Assembly (NCBI GenBank): GCA_048887225.1
Contig: JBHLJY010000002.1
Location: 256,001 to 320,000, forward strand
Reading direction: 5' to 3'
Source: Candidatus Hodarchaeota archaeon
GTDB taxonomy: Archaea > Asgardarchaeota > Lokiarchaeia > Sigyniarchaeales > SOKP01
Length of the DNA stretch: 64,000 nt
Of this stretch, positions 49,567 through 59,848 are shown in pieces. Each line of letters starts with the position of its first letter. The first letter of the stretch is position 1. The notes under the pieces are model-generated. The model was not told where the DNA came from, ran no database searches, and was given only the letters and a program-made list of their open reading frames with translations. Made by a program: the position numbers and the translations under genes.

Positions 49567-51429
49567 TTAAATTGTTGAGAACCATCCTAAGAAACCGAGC
49601 CAGATATTAAATTTCATGTATTCTGAGGAGTGTTTTTTTAGTCTTGGTATTGTAGCTTTCCTAAACAGTTTCTTGAATGGCTTCATTTTAACAAAATTAT
49701 CTGATTTTAAGGAATTAATTAGCTGATATGCATAAGATTTTACAGCTTCAAAAGAATCTGGATTAAAAAAATCTTGTCTTAAACCATATTTTGGTTGCCA
49801 ATCAAAATATTTTTTTGGCAATAATTTCTTTCTTTTTGCTACTTCTCGGACTAACCATTTATATCTTGTTCTAATTCCATCTCCCGTTAATTTAAGGTAT
49901 GGAGGTATTGGTAAAAATTTTTGATATGACCTATATGAAATATAAGGGCAATATAACTTGAGATCATAATAACTCGATAAAACATGTGAAATTAAAGGAT
50001 CTCCAGAAGGGCTAAGATATTGAAGTGTAAATCCAAATTTATTGTAGTCATTAAAAGGATAAGTTTTAAACATTTTTACATTAATTTCTGTTAAATTATC
50101 TAAACTTAATCTTCGACCTGTAATTCTAAATACGTCTTCCATATGGCTAAATTGAACTGATGATGCTAATGTTTGAATTTCAGAGTTAGTTTCTAAAAAA
50201 TTTGAATTCATTAAGATATCAATTGAATTAATTGTATTTTTATCTTTTAATAAATTTGTAATCAAGAATGAGGGATAATAGAACTTATTTAATAGTCTGG
50301 CTGCATGGCTTCTTAATTTTCTTGGAATATGGAATAGATAATTTGTTCTTTTAAAATTATATAAAACATTATGGCGCAAATAACTCATAACTTCCCCTGC
50401 ACCCTCCCCTATCATAGTGTTATTTCTATTTAACTTTTTTACCTCATTATATCCCGCAAATCTTGAAAAATATGCTGTTCCTCCCATAGGTTCTTCTAAT
50501 ATATTAAAAACTTCAGTATAAATTTCAGTTAATTCTTTATAATCGTGAATTCTCATGTCCCTAATAAAATGTGGGATATCAATGTATTCAGCAACTTCAA
50601 TGGCCTTTTCAACATCCTCTTCATTATATCCTGGGACACTCACAGTTATAGCTTCAACAGGATTATCAAATTCCCTTTTGAGAATTGAAGTAATTACTGT
50701 TGAATCTAAGCCCCCACTCATCATTGATAAAATTGGCTGTTTGGTAGGAAATGAAAGTGTCTCCTTGAATGTTTGGTACACATATTCAACCCAATAATCA
50801 ATATCTTTGACGCTGTGTTTTGATCTTTCGAAAAAATTCTTATTTATTACCCAAGTTTTAAAAATTTTTATTTCATTCGAATCAGTATATAAATTTTCTC
50901 CAAGATCTAATCTTTTAATTTGTAAAATGATTGATTCTGCCCCAATATTCAAACCTGTTCCTAAATATCGTCCAAATACTTTGTAATTAAATTTTTTATT
51001 ATCTAGAAGCGAAATTAAAAGTTTTAAAGATGTACTAAAAAGAAATGGTGGAGTTATTGTATAGTAGACCTTTTCACGAGCAAATATATCTTTATAAATT
51101 TTTATTCCTTTATTCTCATCATATATCGCAAAAATAAAATCATTCCTTAAATCCTTTATTGCCTCATCATAATCAAAATCTTTATTTTTATTTATTAAAA
51201 TTTCTGGAACATTATCATAATATAAACTTTTAAAGAGCTTACAATCGTCAAAATACCAAATATTGGTATTAGTTTTCTTTGATTTTTCTTTAATGATACC
51301 CATGAAATAGTTATTCTTAATCAATCCCTCAAATTCAAATGATTCTGAAAACCTCTTTTCAAAAAAATATAAAGATTTCTCAATCATTTGATTAGGTTTT
51401 TCTGAATACCCCCCAAAAATATATTCCAT
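49567..51429 (-). CDS. Asparagine synthetase-like protein with degenerate glutaminase domain
   Basis: N-terminus MEYIFGG (Cys replaced), KDIFAREKVYY, SGGLDST, EEP, GEGAGE, PKYGL. Confidence 0.8.
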   Translation of the reverse strand: MEYIFGGYSEKPNQMIEKSLYFFEKRFSESFEFEGLIKNNYFMGIIKEKSKKTNTNIWYFDDCKLFKSLYYDNVPEILINKNKDFDYDEAIKDLRNDFIFAIYDENKGIKIYKDIFAREKVYYTITPPFLFSTSLKLLISLLDNKKFNYKVFGRYLGTGLNIGAESIILQIKRLDLGENLYTDSNEIKIFKTWVINKNFFERSKHSVKDIDYWVEYVYQTFKETLSFPTKQPILSMMSGGLDSTVITSILKREFDNPVEAITVSVPGYNEEDVEKAIEVAEYIDIPHFIRDMRIHDYKELTEIYTEVFNILEEPMGGTAYFSRFAGYNEVKKLNRNNTMIGEGAGEVMSYLRHNVLYNFKRTNYLFHIPRKLRSHAARLLNKFYYPSFLITNLLKDKNTINSIDILMNSNFLETNSEIQTLASSVQFSHMEDVFRITGRRLSLDNLTEINVKMFKTYPFNDYNKFGFTLQYLSPSGDPLISHVLSSYYDLKLYCPYISYRSYQKFLPIPPYLKLTGDGIRTRYKWLVREVAKRKKLLPKKYFDWQPKYGLRQDFFNPDSFEAVKSYAYQLINSLKSDNFVKMKPFKKLFRKATIPRLKKHSSEYMKFNIWLGFLGWFSTI

Positions 51430-51454
51430 GTAGTATCTCCTTTTTTTTTGAATT

Positions 51455-52642
51455 CTAAGCGTTATAAATTTTTAATACTTTCTTAAATACATATCTATGG
51501 ATTTTATAATAAGATTTAGTATAGTTAATTATTGAAGATCTTCCATTTTTACTAAATTTATCTAATAAATTCGCCTGATCAAGTAGGTTTTGAATTGCTT
51601 CAATCAACTTTTTTATATTTCCTGGTGGGATTAAAATACCATTATATTCATTTTTAATAATCTTCTGAGTATCACCAACCGCAGTAGCTATTGAAGCGGT
51701 TCCACAACTCATTGCCTCTATTAATGATGCAGGTGATCCTTCTGTATATGAAGGCAATACAAAGACATCGGCAGAATTATAAATATCTGGAAGATTATCA
51801 TGATGTATCCACCCTAGAAGGTTCACATTTTTAATTTTATATTTATAAAGATAATCTTCAATCCATCCTCTTAAAGAGCCATCTCCAGCCATTATTAACT
51901 CAAGATTTGCATTTTTCTCTAGAAGGATTTTAAAAGCTTTAATGAGTAATTTTACGCCTTTTTCTTTTTCAAATCTTCCAACAAAAAGGATTTTAATTTT
52001 ATTGTTTGAATTACTGGTTGTTTCCGGTTTTTTATCTTTGAATTTCTCTAAATTCACATAATTAGGACTTAAAAATTTATTCTTAATGTTTCTTTTTTCA
52101 GTCAGTTCAAACAATTCTTCGGTTACAGGAAATACAAAATTAGCAGATTTAAGAATAATGATTTCATATAAAACTAATAGTTTTGATAAGAGCAAGGTGA
52201 AAATGTTCTTTTTATATTTAGATAATAAGGCTTTTCTTTCATTACCGCCTAACCATATTAGTAGAGGAATTTTTTCTTTTTTACTATGAAGAAAAGTTGG
52301 AGGGCCTGCTAAAAGTGTATTTTCCATTCTGATAATATCTATTTTGACAACTTTGGACAATTTCTTCAAGAAAACATAAAGTTTCAAATAGTTATTAAAA
52401 AGATTTGCTATTGACTTGAAAGCTGATGGTGATAAGGTAAAAGGTATAGCAATTAAATAACAATTATTATATATTTTCCTATATAAGAAATCTCCAGTCG
52501 TCGAATAACATATAAAAATCATTCTTTTGAATGTTTCTCGCCAAAAAAAAGCTTCAGAAAATCCTTTACCGATTAACACATCAAAATTTTCCTGTCTTAC
52601 TTGACTGATAAATGCAATTGTTGATTTTTTAAGAAAGGCCAT
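51455..52642 (-). CDS. Glycosyltransferase family 4
   Basis: GRFEKEKG, PSYTEGSPASLIEAMSCG. Confidence 0.92.
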   Translation of the reverse strand: MAFLKKSTIAFISQVRQENFDVLIGKGFSEAFFWRETFKRMIFICYSTTGDFLYRKIYNNCYLIAIPFTLSPSAFKSIANLFNNYLKLYVFLKKLSKVVKIDIIRMENTLLAGPPTFLHSKKEKIPLLIWLGGNERKALLSKYKKNIFTLLLSKLLVLYEIIILKSANFVFPVTEELFELTEKRNIKNKFLSPNYVNLEKFKDKKPETTSNSNNKIKILFVGRFEKEKGVKLLIKAFKILLEKNANLELIMAGDGSLRGWIEDYLYKYKIKNVNLLGWIHHDNLPDIYNSADVFVLPSYTEGSPASLIEAMSCGTASIATAVGDTQKIIKNEYNGILIPPGNIKKLIEAIQNLLDQANLLDKFSKNGRSSIINYTKSYYKIHRYVFKKVLKIYNA

Positions 52643-52661
52643 AATTCAAACTGATAAATAA

Positions 52662-53900
52662 TTATTTTTTAAGTCTTTCAATACTATCTAAGAATTTTTT
52701 TGCTATGTTTTTTATATTAAACTTCGTATTAAGTAATTCAATCCCTCTTAATCCGTATTCATAATTCATTTCAGGATTTTCTATAAATTTTATTATCTTG
52801 TCGGCTAGATCTTTAGGTTCATCTGATGACAACAATCCAACCTTCTCTTCTGTAATAATTTTTGTCCAACCTCCTATATCATTTGCCACGATTGGAAGTC
52901 CTACTGAAAAATAATCGAAAACTTTTGTAACAAATCCTAATCTTCTTGGCCAGTCATGAGTTGATGTAACAACTCCTACATTACATTCTGACAATAATTC
53001 AAGAAATTCTGAATGTGTCTCTTTCCAGTAAAAATTTATATTCAAATTCTTTTTTTTTGCTAATTTTTTTATCTCCTTTAATTTCTCCCCTTTTTTTGTT
53101 ATGTAAATTTGAGTATCAGGAAACTTCTCAAGAACATATGGTAAACTATTAAGAAATAATTCAATATTGCTTCGTTGAACAATCATTCCCGAATTAATTA
53201 CTTTTGGAGGGGTTCCTCTGTCTTTAGGTCTTTTTAAAATAGGGGCATTTCCAGTATATATAGTTTCTATGTTTAGTTTTTTTGGATCTGAAAACTGTTT
53301 TTTTAAAAAATAATTTAATGCTTCACTAACAGTTATTACAAATTCAGCAGCGGAGATAATTTCCTTAATTCTTTCAGCGAGACGAATATAAATATGGCTG
53401 AACCTTTTGATAACTCTATGTTCAACTAATTCTTCTGGCCAATAACTATGCAAGTCTAAAATTATTGGGCAACCCAATTCGTGCTTTACTTGGGTTAATG
53501 ATAATCCTGCTAATTCTTGAACTCCAATCATATAATCAAGGTGAAATGATTCTCTATTTAATTTGTCAATCAAAGCAGATGCTAATCTCTTATTTAATAA
53601 ATCAAGAGTTATTGGTTGTAGTATAGTATAATGAGACAATAACCGATAATGTAATATCTTTCTTGAAATTAGATATATTTTTTTTTTTATTGTAGCATAA
53701 ATTGGACTTACAATCTTAGAAAAACCTCTTGCGATATTAATAAATTTAACTCTTGGTCCCCAATCTTCATTATACTCATATGGCGTAAAAATAAAGCAAT
53801 TATTTCCATAAATTACTAATCCGTTTATTAAGCTCCTCATTCTATTTATAGATCCTAGACTCTCTCCAGGAGGATGTGTGTACAAAAATCCAAAATTCAA
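52662..53900 (-). CDS. Glycosyltransferase family 4
   Basis: TTG start; DLHSYWPE, TKVFDYFSVGLPIVANDIGG. Confidence 0.85.
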   Translation of the reverse strand: MNFGFLYTHPPGESLGSINRMRSLINGLVIYGNNCFIFTPYEYNEDWGPRVKFINIARGFSKIVSPIYATIKKKIYLISRKILHYRLLSHYTILQPITLDLLNKRLASALIDKLNRESFHLDYMIGVQELAGLSLTQVKHELGCPIILDLHSYWPEELVEHRVIKRFSHIYIRLAERIKEIISAAEFVITVSEALNYFLKKQFSDPKKLNIETIYTGNAPILKRPKDRGTPPKVINSGMIVQRSNIELFLNSLPYVLEKFPDTQIYITKKGEKLKEIKKLAKKKNLNINFYWKETHSEFLELLSECNVGVVTSTHDWPRRLGFVTKVFDYFSVGLPIVANDIGGWTKIITEEKVGLLSSDEPKDLADKIIKFIENPEMNYEYGLRGIELLNTKFNIKNIAKKFLDSIERLKK

Positions 53901-54010
53901 AAACTTACACCATTAACAGATTATATAATTTATTAAAAAGAAATAATTTTTTTTTGGCTAACGCAATATCTTTAGTTTTGACCTTATAATTAAATAGATA
54001 TTATCTAATT

Positions 54011-55624
54011 TTATTTTCTTCTAACTCCCATTTTAATAATTTTTTTTTCTATTTTTGCTAAAATATGTACGATTTTATTTAAAATTGGAAAATTTTCGAA
54101 ACCACTAATTAAAAAATCAATTTCTGATTCAGATACTAAAGAAAACACTCCTATTAAAATTAAAAATAACCCGAAATATATAAAAAAAGAAATTAACAGA
54201 ATAAAAATATTTATGATATATCCTTGTATAGGGAACTGTGTTATAAATGTATTATAAACAAAGAATATTAATATTCCAGAAATAATTGCTATTAGAAAAA
54301 TAGCCATGATGTTTTTTATATTTCCAAATAATTCTTTTCCATATTTTTTGCGAATAATTATATTTCCATAAAGAACAGCAAAAAGATGGCCAATTACAAA
54401 TCCAAATGTTACTCCAATACTCCCAATATAAGAAATCAAAATCAATGCGAATATTACTCCTGTAATTAAAAAAATGATTTCAAAATAAAGAACAATTTTA
54501 GTTTGTCCTTGTCCATTAAAAAAGGCTGGAATTGATAATAATCCAAAAGAAGTCATTAAAAATATGAGAAAATAAATTGAAATGAATATTGAGGCATCTT
54601 TATATATTTCACCATATATAATTGGAAGAATTTTGTCTGAAAATAATATAACGAAGATTGTAACGGGTATTATTAAAAATGTTCCATATTTAATAGAAAA
54701 TTGAAAATAATTTACTAGAACATCTTTCTCCTCTTCGTTCTCCCAAGACAATTTAGAAAATATTGGAAAAAGAGTAAATGATAGTGATTTTGTAAGAATG
54801 CTTACAATAGCCGCGCTCACGATTGCAACATTATAATAACTAACTTCATTTGAAAAACCATAAATACTTAATATTAAAATAAAGATTTGGCTCTGAATGC
54901 CGGCAATAATCGAAAATAATAAAAGTGGATGGCCGTAATTTACCATATCTTTGAATTCACTCCATTTTATGCTACCCTTTTCTCTTTTACCTTTTTTGAA
55001 ACTAATTTTTAAAAAAATTAGATACATTATAATGACAATTAAAGATGATAGAACAATACCAAGTATAGGACCAAGTAAAGTAAAGCCTAAGAGAATTAAT
55101 GAAACTGAAAGAATTGACCTTAAAGATGTGAGGAGTATTGTTCCTATTTGAACATATCGTACCTTTTGAGCACCTAAAAAGCACGCGTTAAATGCGTTAT
55201 ATAATATATTTGAAAAAATAGCTATTGATGAAATTTGTATTAAGAGATGGATTCTCTCATCGCTAACATTATAAATGTATTTAGCAATAAAAACAGAAAA
55301 GTAGGCAACCGAAAAAGTAAAAATTAAACCAATTATAGTTTTCACGATGAGGTTTATATTTATAACATTTCTCACTCCTTGCATATCATTTTCTTTTATT
55401 TTTTTCGCAATAAAATTAGTACTGGCATAATTTAATCCAAGTTCTCCAAATGGAATTAAAATACTTGGAAGAATATAAGCAATATTTATGAGACTATATT
55501 CTTCAACAGAAATCAATCTAATCACAATTACTGTTCCTATAGTTGACATTATCGAGGAAATGAGATATCCTACAATAAGGATATATGAATTCTGAACAAA
55601 ATTATCAGATTTTTCTAGCTCCAT
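54011..55624 (-). CDS. Oligosaccharide flippase (Wzx/PST, MOP superfamily)
   Basis: About 14 TM segments; ELGLNYA, YGHPL, VSYYNVA, LFPIFS. Confidence 0.87.
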   Translation of the reverse strand: MELEKSDNFVQNSYILIVGYLISSIMSTIGTVIVIRLISVEEYSLINIAYILPSILIPFGELGLNYASTNFIAKKIKENDMQGVRNVININLIVKTIIGLIFTFSVAYFSVFIAKYIYNVSDERIHLLIQISSIAIFSNILYNAFNACFLGAQKVRYVQIGTILLTSLRSILSVSLILLGFTLLGPILGIVLSSLIVIIMYLIFLKISFKKGKREKGSIKWSEFKDMVNYGHPLLLFSIIAGIQSQIFILILSIYGFSNEVSYYNVAIVSAAIVSILTKSLSFTLFPIFSKLSWENEEEKDVLVNYFQFSIKYGTFLIIPVTIFVILFSDKILPIIYGEIYKDASIFISIYFLIFLMTSFGLLSIPAFFNGQGQTKIVLYFEIIFLITGVIFALILISYIGSIGVTFGFVIGHLFAVLYGNIIIRKKYGKELFGNIKNIMAIFLIAIISGILIFFVYNTFITQFPIQGYIINIFILLISFFIYFGLFLILIGVFSLVSESEIDFLISGFENFPILNKIVHILAKIEKKIIKMGVRRK

Positions 55625-55853
55625 TTTAATATCAAAATTATTTTAAACTTTAAAACTTTAAGATTTAAACAATAGAGTTATATTTTAACTAAATGGAAGG
55701 ATGTATCATATTTTTTTTAAAAAATATATCTTTTTTATTTATTAATGGATGTTCTATCTTATGAAAGGATTTAATTGACTAAACAATAAATTAAGTTCTT
55801 TGTTTTAAGATAAGATCTAAAAAATAGTAGGAAAAAGGAGGATTTGGTTTCGA

Positions 55854-57155
55854 TTGAGAATTTTACATACAGTAAGAGCATATCCGGGAGATACTGGTTC
55901 AGAAGTTTTTTTCTTTCAATTATCAAATGAAATGATAAAGAAAGGGCATAAAATTACAATAATGACTAGTGATTTAATGAAATGGCAATTAAGAAGCATA
56001 TTTGATTATTACTCGAATCTTAATATTGTTGAAAACAATATAAGAATTAAGAGAATTCCTTATACAATATTAAGATTTATTTTTTCTCTATTTAAGTATA
56101 AGACTAATAAAAAAATCATCTTAAATTTCTTTGATTTGATTTTCTTCTCAATTGAATATTGTTTTATTAAACTTATAAGATTTATATTTAAAGTGAGAAG
56201 AAAATACCTATTGTGGGGTTTATTTCAAGATAATTTAGGTTGGAAAATATTATATGCCTTAAGAAACGAGAATTACGATTTAATACATACGACATGTGTC
56301 CCTAGATCTGTAATAATAGCCTCGTTAATTGCTGCAAAAAAAAATAAAATCCCTATTATGATAACTCCATTTTATCATTATAAAGAAAAAAGATTTTATA
56401 TATATGATAATTTATGGATGTCAATTTTAAATAAGTTTGATTGTATAAATGTCTGCACTGATGCAGAGCGGAATTATCTAATAAACCACGGAATAGATAA
56501 AAAAAAAATAGTTAAAATTGGAGTTGGAATATATTATAAATTAAAAAATCATGAAAATTATGTTGATTGGAGAAAGAAGCTTAATATTTCTAAGGAAAAA
56601 TTCGTTGCGTTATTTATGAGCCCTCAAGTATATAACCCTGAAAAAGGTGTCTTACAAGTTATAGCCGCTGCGTTAAAATTACCCCAAATAGAATTTATTT
56701 TTACTGGAAAAGATAAAAATAGTTGGAACTTTATGATCTCTCGTCATTTCCCTAATGAAAAATTAGATAATTGTCACTATGTTGGTTTTGTATCTGAGGA
56801 CGATAAGAACTTGTTATTAAATACAGTCGATTTGATTGTACGTCCAAGTATTAATGAATCCTTTGGTATTTTTTATTTTGAAGGGATGCGGAACGGTAAA
56901 CCTATAATTACATCAGATATAGATTCTATGAAAGAAATATCTAGCGGAGTTGGTATAGCGGTAGAGCATGGAAATGTTGAAGACTTAATTAGGGCGATAG
57001 AAAGACTCCAATCAGATAAAGAACTATATAGAAGGCTTTCGAAAAATGCATTAGAAAAAAGTAAAGCATTCAGTTGGGAAGAGATTTCAGAACGATTTAA
57101 TCAGATTTATTACTCTTTAGCAAATTTAAATAACACAAAAACAGAATTTGAATAA
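55854..57155 (+). CDS. Glycosyltransferase family 4
   Basis: TTG start; YPGDTGSE, TPFYH, EKG, PSINESFGIFYFEG. Confidence 0.9.
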   Translation: MRILHTVRAYPGDTGSEVFFFQLSNEMIKKGHKITIMTSDLMKWQLRSIFDYYSNLNIVENNIRIKRIPYTILRFIFSLFKYKTNKKIILNFFDLIFFSIEYCFIKLIRFIFKVRRKYLLWGLFQDNLGWKILYALRNENYDLIHTTCVPRSVIIASLIAAKKNKIPIMITPFYHYKEKRFYIYDNLWMSILNKFDCINVCTDAERNYLINHGIDKKKIVKIGVGIYYKLKNHENYVDWRKKLNISKEKFVALFMSPQVYNPEKGVLQVIAAALKLPQIEFIFTGKDKNSWNFMISRHFPNEKLDNCHYVGFVSEDDKNLLLNTVDLIVRPSINESFGIFYFEGMRNGKPIITSDIDSMKEISSGVGIAVEHGNVEDLIRAIERLQSDKELYRRLSKNALEKSKAFSWEEISERFNQIYYSLANLNNTKTEFE

Positions 57156-57233
57156 ATACAGAATTTTTATTGTTATTCACCCTTAATTATAAAAAATTTT
57201 TAATCTACAATGATTAAAATTTAATGAACAAGC

Positions 57234-58352
57234 ATGACCCCTATGAAGTTAAAAAAAATCTTATATTGGTGTTGTTACGCTGATAATCTTAATAGGAATA
57301 AAATTTTCATAAATGGTTTAAAATATAATGGTGTTGATCTGTATGAATACAATATAAATTCACATAGTCTCTTAATTAATATCTATGCTTTTATAAAAAA
57401 TTTTAAAAAAATCTTATTGGGTCATAAATATGACGCAATTTTATTTCATTCAGAAGCTTTTATCCAATTCATTTTAGCTAAATTCTTTTCTATTTTAAGC
57501 AACGTTCCGTTAATTCATGATATTTACATATCTAAACTTCAAACAATTTATTATGACCGTCAATTGTATACTAGAAAAAAAATCCCGAAATTGTTATTAA
57601 AAATAATACTATACGCTATAGATTTGATTGAATGTATATTTGCTGATTTAATTATCTTAGATACAAACACTCATATTAAATATTTTTCTAAAAAGTTTAA
57701 AATACCCATAGGGAAATTTAGAAGGATCTTTGTGGGCTCTCAGGACGATGTCTTTTATCCAATTGACACAAACAAGAAAATTAGTGATAAGTTTGTTGTA
57801 GGTTTTATTGGAACCTATATACCTCTTCAAGGGATAGAATATATTATAAAAGCGGCCAAACTTTTAGAGAAGGAGAATGAAATTAATTTTCATTTAATAG
57901 GAGATGGACAAACATATATAAAGAATCGAGAACTTGTTAAAGAATTGAAGGTAAAAAACATTAAGTTCATTAATTCTGTCCCTTTAAATGAAGTGCCAAA
58001 GTTTATTTCAAATTTTGATGTAGGTTTAGGTATTTTTGGAAAAACCGATAAAACAATTCAGGTAATTCCTAATAAAATTTTTGATGGCATCGCCATGAAA
58101 ATACCAATGATAACATGTGATAGTCCTGCGATTAGAGAATTATTTACCGATAATGAAAATATAATTTTGTGTGAACGAGCAAATCCAGAATCTTTAGCTA
58201 CAGCAATTCTAAAACTTAAAAAAGATAGGATTTTATTAAAAAAAATCGCTTTAAACGGATACAATTTGTTTCAAAAATTCTGTACAATTAACGCAATTGG
58301 TAAGAGTCTATTTAATACTTTAAATAATTTCCTAAGAGAACAAAAAAAATAA
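57234..58352 (+). CDS. Glycosyltransferase family 4
   Basis: GTYIPLQG, GDGQ, LGIFG, IPNKIFDGIA. Confidence 0.88.
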   Translation: MTPMKLKKILYWCCYADNLNRNKIFINGLKYNGVDLYEYNINSHSLLINIYAFIKNFKKILLGHKYDAILFHSEAFIQFILAKFFSILSNVPLIHDIYISKLQTIYYDRQLYTRKKIPKLLLKIILYAIDLIECIFADLIILDTNTHIKYFSKKFKIPIGKFRRIFVGSQDDVFYPIDTNKKISDKFVVGFIGTYIPLQGIEYIIKAAKLLEKENEINFHLIGDGQTYIKNRELVKELKVKNIKFINSVPLNEVPKFISNFDVGLGIFGKTDKTIQVIPNKIFDGIAMKIPMITCDSPAIRELFTDNENIILCERANPESLATAILKLKKDRILLKKIALNGYNLFQKFCTINAIGKSLFNTLNNFLREQKK

Positions 58353-58355
58353 TTG

Positions 58356-59732
58356 CTATTGATGAATGTTCTTATTTGAAAGATAAATATCAGATTTACT
58401 TTTCTTACTAAATTTTAATTGCCTATAAAGAAGAAATATACAAAAACCAAGAATTATAACGAAAATCAAATAAGTTAAGGTAATATCTTTCATATATGGA
58501 TAATTATATTTATCACTATTGGGAATTATATAAATCCCTAATACAGAAAGTAATCCAATTAGAATTATTTTATTTTTCTTTATAAAATCAGTAAAAAATA
58601 TATCTTTTTCAAGATATGGGACAAAGAGTAGACAAATTAAAGGAAATAAGATGAGACCTATTCTATAAGAAACATAATTTAGAAAAACAATGGACAGACT
58701 TAAAATCCCAAACTTCTCCTCCAATTTAAGTTTCCTATATATTATTAAAATCACTACAATTCCATATAAAATGAAGTTTAGTATACTGGAAATAATAGCT
58801 TTGCTATTATTTGATAATGAATCGAAATAATAATCATTAAAGAATTGTAAATAAAAATAGTTTAATCCCATATCAACTCTCCTGATATCTCTTTGCACAA
58901 CTTCATAATAATCAAAAATTAATTCAGGATATATTATAAATAAGAAATTCTGAATGAGAAATGAAATTATTATTATTGAATATTTCTTTAGATTTACTCT
59001 TTCAAATAATTCTTTTAATGAAATATCTTGAAATATATAAATAAGAAAGAAAAAAAGAAAATAAGGAAACATTCCAACTGCAAAAATAAAAAGATTATAG
59101 TTTATTAAATAGTATTTTGTGTCTTTTTTTATTTGACCTAATCTAAATTGGATTTCTTGTCTTAAAATGAATAAAAGGATTACACCTATTAAATATTTTA
59201 CTTGGTTATTAGCGTATAATTGTAAAACAAGCCATCCATTTGAAACTACAATAAGAAATAAAAACCTATGTAATCTTTCTTTTAGATTTAATAAATAAAG
59301 TATTCTATTAAATAGCAGAGTAAAAACTAATCCTAAAAAGATATTAATGATAAAAAAAATCTGGTAGGCAAGCAACATTGTAGGTATCAAGTAAAGTGGA
59401 ACACCTACAATTACAGCAAAATTGGGGAAATATTTATAGCCATATCTACGACCATTATAGATATTGTGTTTATATAATTCAGAAGGATTATTTATTACTC
59501 TTTCTCCGCAAGTATAATAGTTTGTAAAATCATAAACAGGATAATTTAAAAGAAAATTTCCATTAATTACAAAATATGCTGCCCAACATAAAATACAGTA
59601 AAGGGGAATTATTATATAAAGATGTGCTTTGAAATTTTCAAATTTTTTTTTAGAAACAAAAAAAAATGCTATGTAAACAAGAAGAAAAATGCCGATGCAT
59701 GCTAAAAAGAAAGCTAAAAAGGCTAAAGTCAT
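58356..59732 (-). CDS. Glycosyltransferase family 87-like (GT-C) membrane protein
   Basis: YDFTNYY...LY...YKYFP loop, NNQV, multiple TM segments. Confidence 0.6.
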   Translation of the reverse strand: MTLAFLAFFLACIGIFLLVYIAFFFVSKKKFENFKAHLYIIIPLYCILCWAAYFVINGNFLLNYPVYDFTNYYTCGERVINNPSELYKHNIYNGRRYGYKYFPNFAVIVGVPLYLIPTMLLAYQIFFIINIFLGLVFTLLFNRILYLLNLKERLHRFLFLIVVSNGWLVLQLYANNQVKYLIGVILLFILRQEIQFRLGQIKKDTKYYLINYNLFIFAVGMFPYFLFFFLIYIFQDISLKELFERVNLKKYSIIIISFLIQNFLFIIYPELIFDYYEVVQRDIRRVDMGLNYFYLQFFNDYYFDSLSNNSKAIISSILNFILYGIVVILIIYRKLKLEEKFGILSLSIVFLNYVSYRIGLILFPLICLLFVPYLEKDIFFTDFIKKNKIILIGLLSVLGIYIIPNSDKYNYPYMKDITLTYLIFVIILGFCIFLLYRQLKFSKKSKSDIYLSNKNIHQ

Positions 59733-59848
59733 TTTATTACATTGTTTTTATACAGTTAATTATTATTTAAATTAATTAAGAACTAAAAATGTTAGTAACC
59801 TAAATTAGAAATGAGTTCTCATGTTTATTAAATTTATATCTGTTTATA

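Noticed and set aside
55625-55853. Repeated TTTAAA-like units in the longest spacer (CRISPR or ncRNA?)
   Set aside because: Low-complexity AT sequence with no constant repeat-spacer period or stable structure.
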